A stretch of 6,053 nt of DNA, taken from positions 1-6,053 of IMG/VR virus record IMGVR_UViG_3300020029_000027; one strand, written 5' to 3'. The DNA is from a virus. The position numbers and the translations under genes were made by a program. The notes under the pieces are model-generated. The model was not told the origin of the DNA and did not search any database. It saw nothing but the letters and a program-made list of their open reading frames with translations. Shown here one piece after another: positions 4,877-6,053 of this stretch (position 1 is its first letter; every line of letters begins with the position of its first letter).

Positions 4877-6053
4877 CTAATTTCGCCTAAACATACTGCG
4901 ACGAGTACGTGTGGCACCGATCTGATCTCCGTCAGAGCCGTAATACTCTTTCATTTCCTCATAACCTGCAGGACTAGCGGACCCGGCTATACCTTTGGAG
5001 AGTGCCATACCGCCAATAGCTAGAGCGCCAGCAAGAGCAGTGCGGGCCATCGAATATCCAAAAGCATTCTTTTCAGAACGATTAGAAAACCATTGAGCGG
5101 AAAGACCTTGCGACGCGCCGGCAGCGGCCATAGCCACAAGGTGCTCGTGTATCTGACGGCCGGTGAGTTTAACAGTCTTGCCGGTAGGTTTACCCGACTC
5201 AGTAACCTGCGGAACTTCGATTTCGGCCTCCCAATTGATACGGAACCACTCGCGAAGATCGGACAAACGAACTCGTGCTATACTTTCCTCAGCCTTCGCA
5301 AGATCGCCTGTAGCAGCAGAACTATAGGCAGCAGCATAATCACGAGCGATTTGTGCAGCATAAACCTGATCAAAATAGTCAGAATTGTACCTCTTGATCT
5401 GTTCATATTCCTCAACATGCTTACCGTATAGGGCGACAAAATCTTGAAACTTGTAAGTAGCCATCAAATCCGCATATTCAGCATCGGCCATATGAATATC
5501 AGCAAGAGCGCGATTAAGATCGGCAAGAGCGGCAGCGTTATTGACGTCGTGTTGACGAATCTGCTTATCCAACTCGTCGATATCTGTACGCCATTGAACA
5601 GTATGCGTATTTCCACGAAGCATATCGGCCTCGGCATTATCACGATTAGAAGCAGCGTCATTACGATTAACCGTAGACTGTGCGACCATGTTCTGCGCAA
5701 TAGCAGTAGGATCAACCGAAGCGAAAGCGCCGGGGGAAACGGGCGCGCCACCAGAAGGGCCGGAAGCGGAAGGCATACCTGCAGAACCGCCTGACATAGT
5801 GGCGTTTACACCGACGCCGGAAGAGCCAAGAACAGCTGCAGGGGTCACGCCGGCCTTCAAGTAACGATCAAAAACCTTTGTAGGGTCATTGTACGCATTC
5901 TCATAATCGAACTGTTTTTGCCAATTAGCGTAAGAGAGTTCGGCCTGTTTTTGCATTTGTTCCAGGGCATAACGCTGCTGAAGCTTCATCTGCTTCTGCT
6001 GGAAACGCCACTGCCGACGGGCGTTCATTCCACCAAAAAGTTGGCCGATAGCG
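4877..6053 (-). CDS. VP2: DNA pilot / minor capsid protein (Microviridae VP2 / H-like). The 5' end continues across the circular junction to ATG at 210, for a full length of 421 aa.
   Basis: The frame is open from 6053 down to TAG at 4877..4879. The track start at 6028 is internal Met39. Supporting features are a Gln-rich N-terminal region followed by ...YENAYNDPTKVFDRYLKAGVTPAAVLG, which resembles the conserved (A/S)WN-P....R...AG(L/V)NP block of gokushovirus-type VP2. There is also a Gly/Ser/Ala-rich linker, a long Ala/Asp/Glu-rich helical (coiled-coil-like) middle, and a Gly/Ala-rich hydrophobic C-terminal segment. Together these resemble the H-type tube-forming pilot architecture. Confidence 0.85.
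   Translation of the reverse strand, partial: AIGQLFGGMNARRQWRFQQKQMKLQQRYALEQMQKQAELSYANWQKQFDYENAYNDPTKVFDRYLKAGVTPAAVLGSSGVGVNATMSGGSAGMPSASGPSGGAPVSPGAFASVDPTAIAQNMVAQSTVNRNDAASNRDNAEADMLRGNTHTVQWRTDIDELDKQIRQHDVNNAAALADLNRALADIHMADAEYADLMATYKFQDFVALYGKHVEEYEQIKRYNSDYFDQVYAAQIARDYAAAYSSAATGDLAKAEESIARVRLSDLREWFRINWEAEIEVPQVTESGKPTGKTVKLTGRQIHEHLVAMAAAGASQGLSAQWFSNRSEKNAFGYSMARTALAGALAIGGMALSKGIAGSASPAGYEEMKEYYGSDGDQIGATRTRRSMFRRN
5933..6053. repeat. Terminal direct repeat, copy 2 (identical to 1..121).
   Basis: Same comparison as for copy 1. The offset between the copies is 5,932 nt. Confidence 0.95.

Noticed and set aside
4798-4917. The GTG-initiated 40-aa N-terminal extension of the 104-aa ORF, overlapping the VP2 3' end.
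   Set aside because: It has a non-ATG start, and 40 stop-free codons is not unusual by chance (roughly 15 percent). The region also fits a promoter-like intergenic gap. I keep it as an alternative start rather than the primary call.
938-5794. Plus-strand ORFs from the track: 938..1123, 1026..1469, 2391..2609, 2838..3065, 2867..3121, 3288..3623, 4784..5023, 5093..5431 and 5444..5794.
   Set aside because: All lie antisense to strongly supported minus-strand genes (VP1, Rep, VP2). Their translations are low-complexity or biased and carry no motifs. Microviridae transcribe a single strand. They look like shadow ORFs.
5700-5830. A GC-rich, repetitive-looking stretch in VP2 (gcc/gga/agc runs), considered as a tandem repeat or hypervariable element.
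   Set aside because: It translates in frame to a Gly/Ser/Ala/Pro-rich linker (…GSSGVGVNATMSGGSAGMPSASGPSGGAPVSPGAF…). I could not find a nucleotide-level tandem periodicity.
1-6053. CRISPR arrays, tRNA or rRNA genes, integrase, transposase or att sites.
   Set aside because: There are no regularly spaced repeats, no cloverleaf-like segments in the only noncoding regions, and no ORF with recombinase-like size or motifs. The coding capacity is fully taken up by the phage genes listed.

Overview
The window is one complete, circularly permuted genome of a small ssDNA phage of the family Microviridae, shown as the reverse complement of its coding strand. Bases 1..121 are identical to 5933..6053, so the unit length is 5,932 nt and the window closes into a circle. 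All credible genes lie on the minus strand and are tightly packed, with 1-22 nt gaps or a 1-nt overlap. Three hallmark genes are recognisable: the major capsid protein (VP1/F-like, 846..2636), the rolling-circle HUH replication initiator (VP4/A-like, 2640..3710), and the DNA pilot/minor capsid protein (VP2/H-like). VP2 spans the circular junction: its true ATG is at 210 and it continues through 6053..4877, giving 421 aa rather than the 383 aa in the ORF track. Gene order on the coding strand is Rep -> VP1 -> acidic 98 aa -> membrane/lipoprotein-like 100 aa (or 63 aa) -> VP2 -> 104 aa -> acidic 107 aa -> 225-nt structured intergenic region -> 67 aa -> Rep. Five small ORFs have no function I can assign from sequence. 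The points most worth follow-up are: a small protein with a signal peptide plus lipobox just upstream of VP2 (candidate lysis or exclusion factor); a two-gene accessory module with a possible Bacteroidota-type promoter; a single noncoding region with hairpins and iteron-like GGCCGT(T)AAG repeats (candidate origin); strong over-representation of the palindrome CGGCCG; and a systematic set of hydrophobic +1-frame overprinted ORFs. I saw no tRNA, rRNA, CRISPR array, integrase or transposase. Subfamily and host cannot be fixed without database searches. The absence of Shine-Dalgarno motifs and one TTTG/TAnnTTTG promoter-like site hint at a Bacteroidota host.
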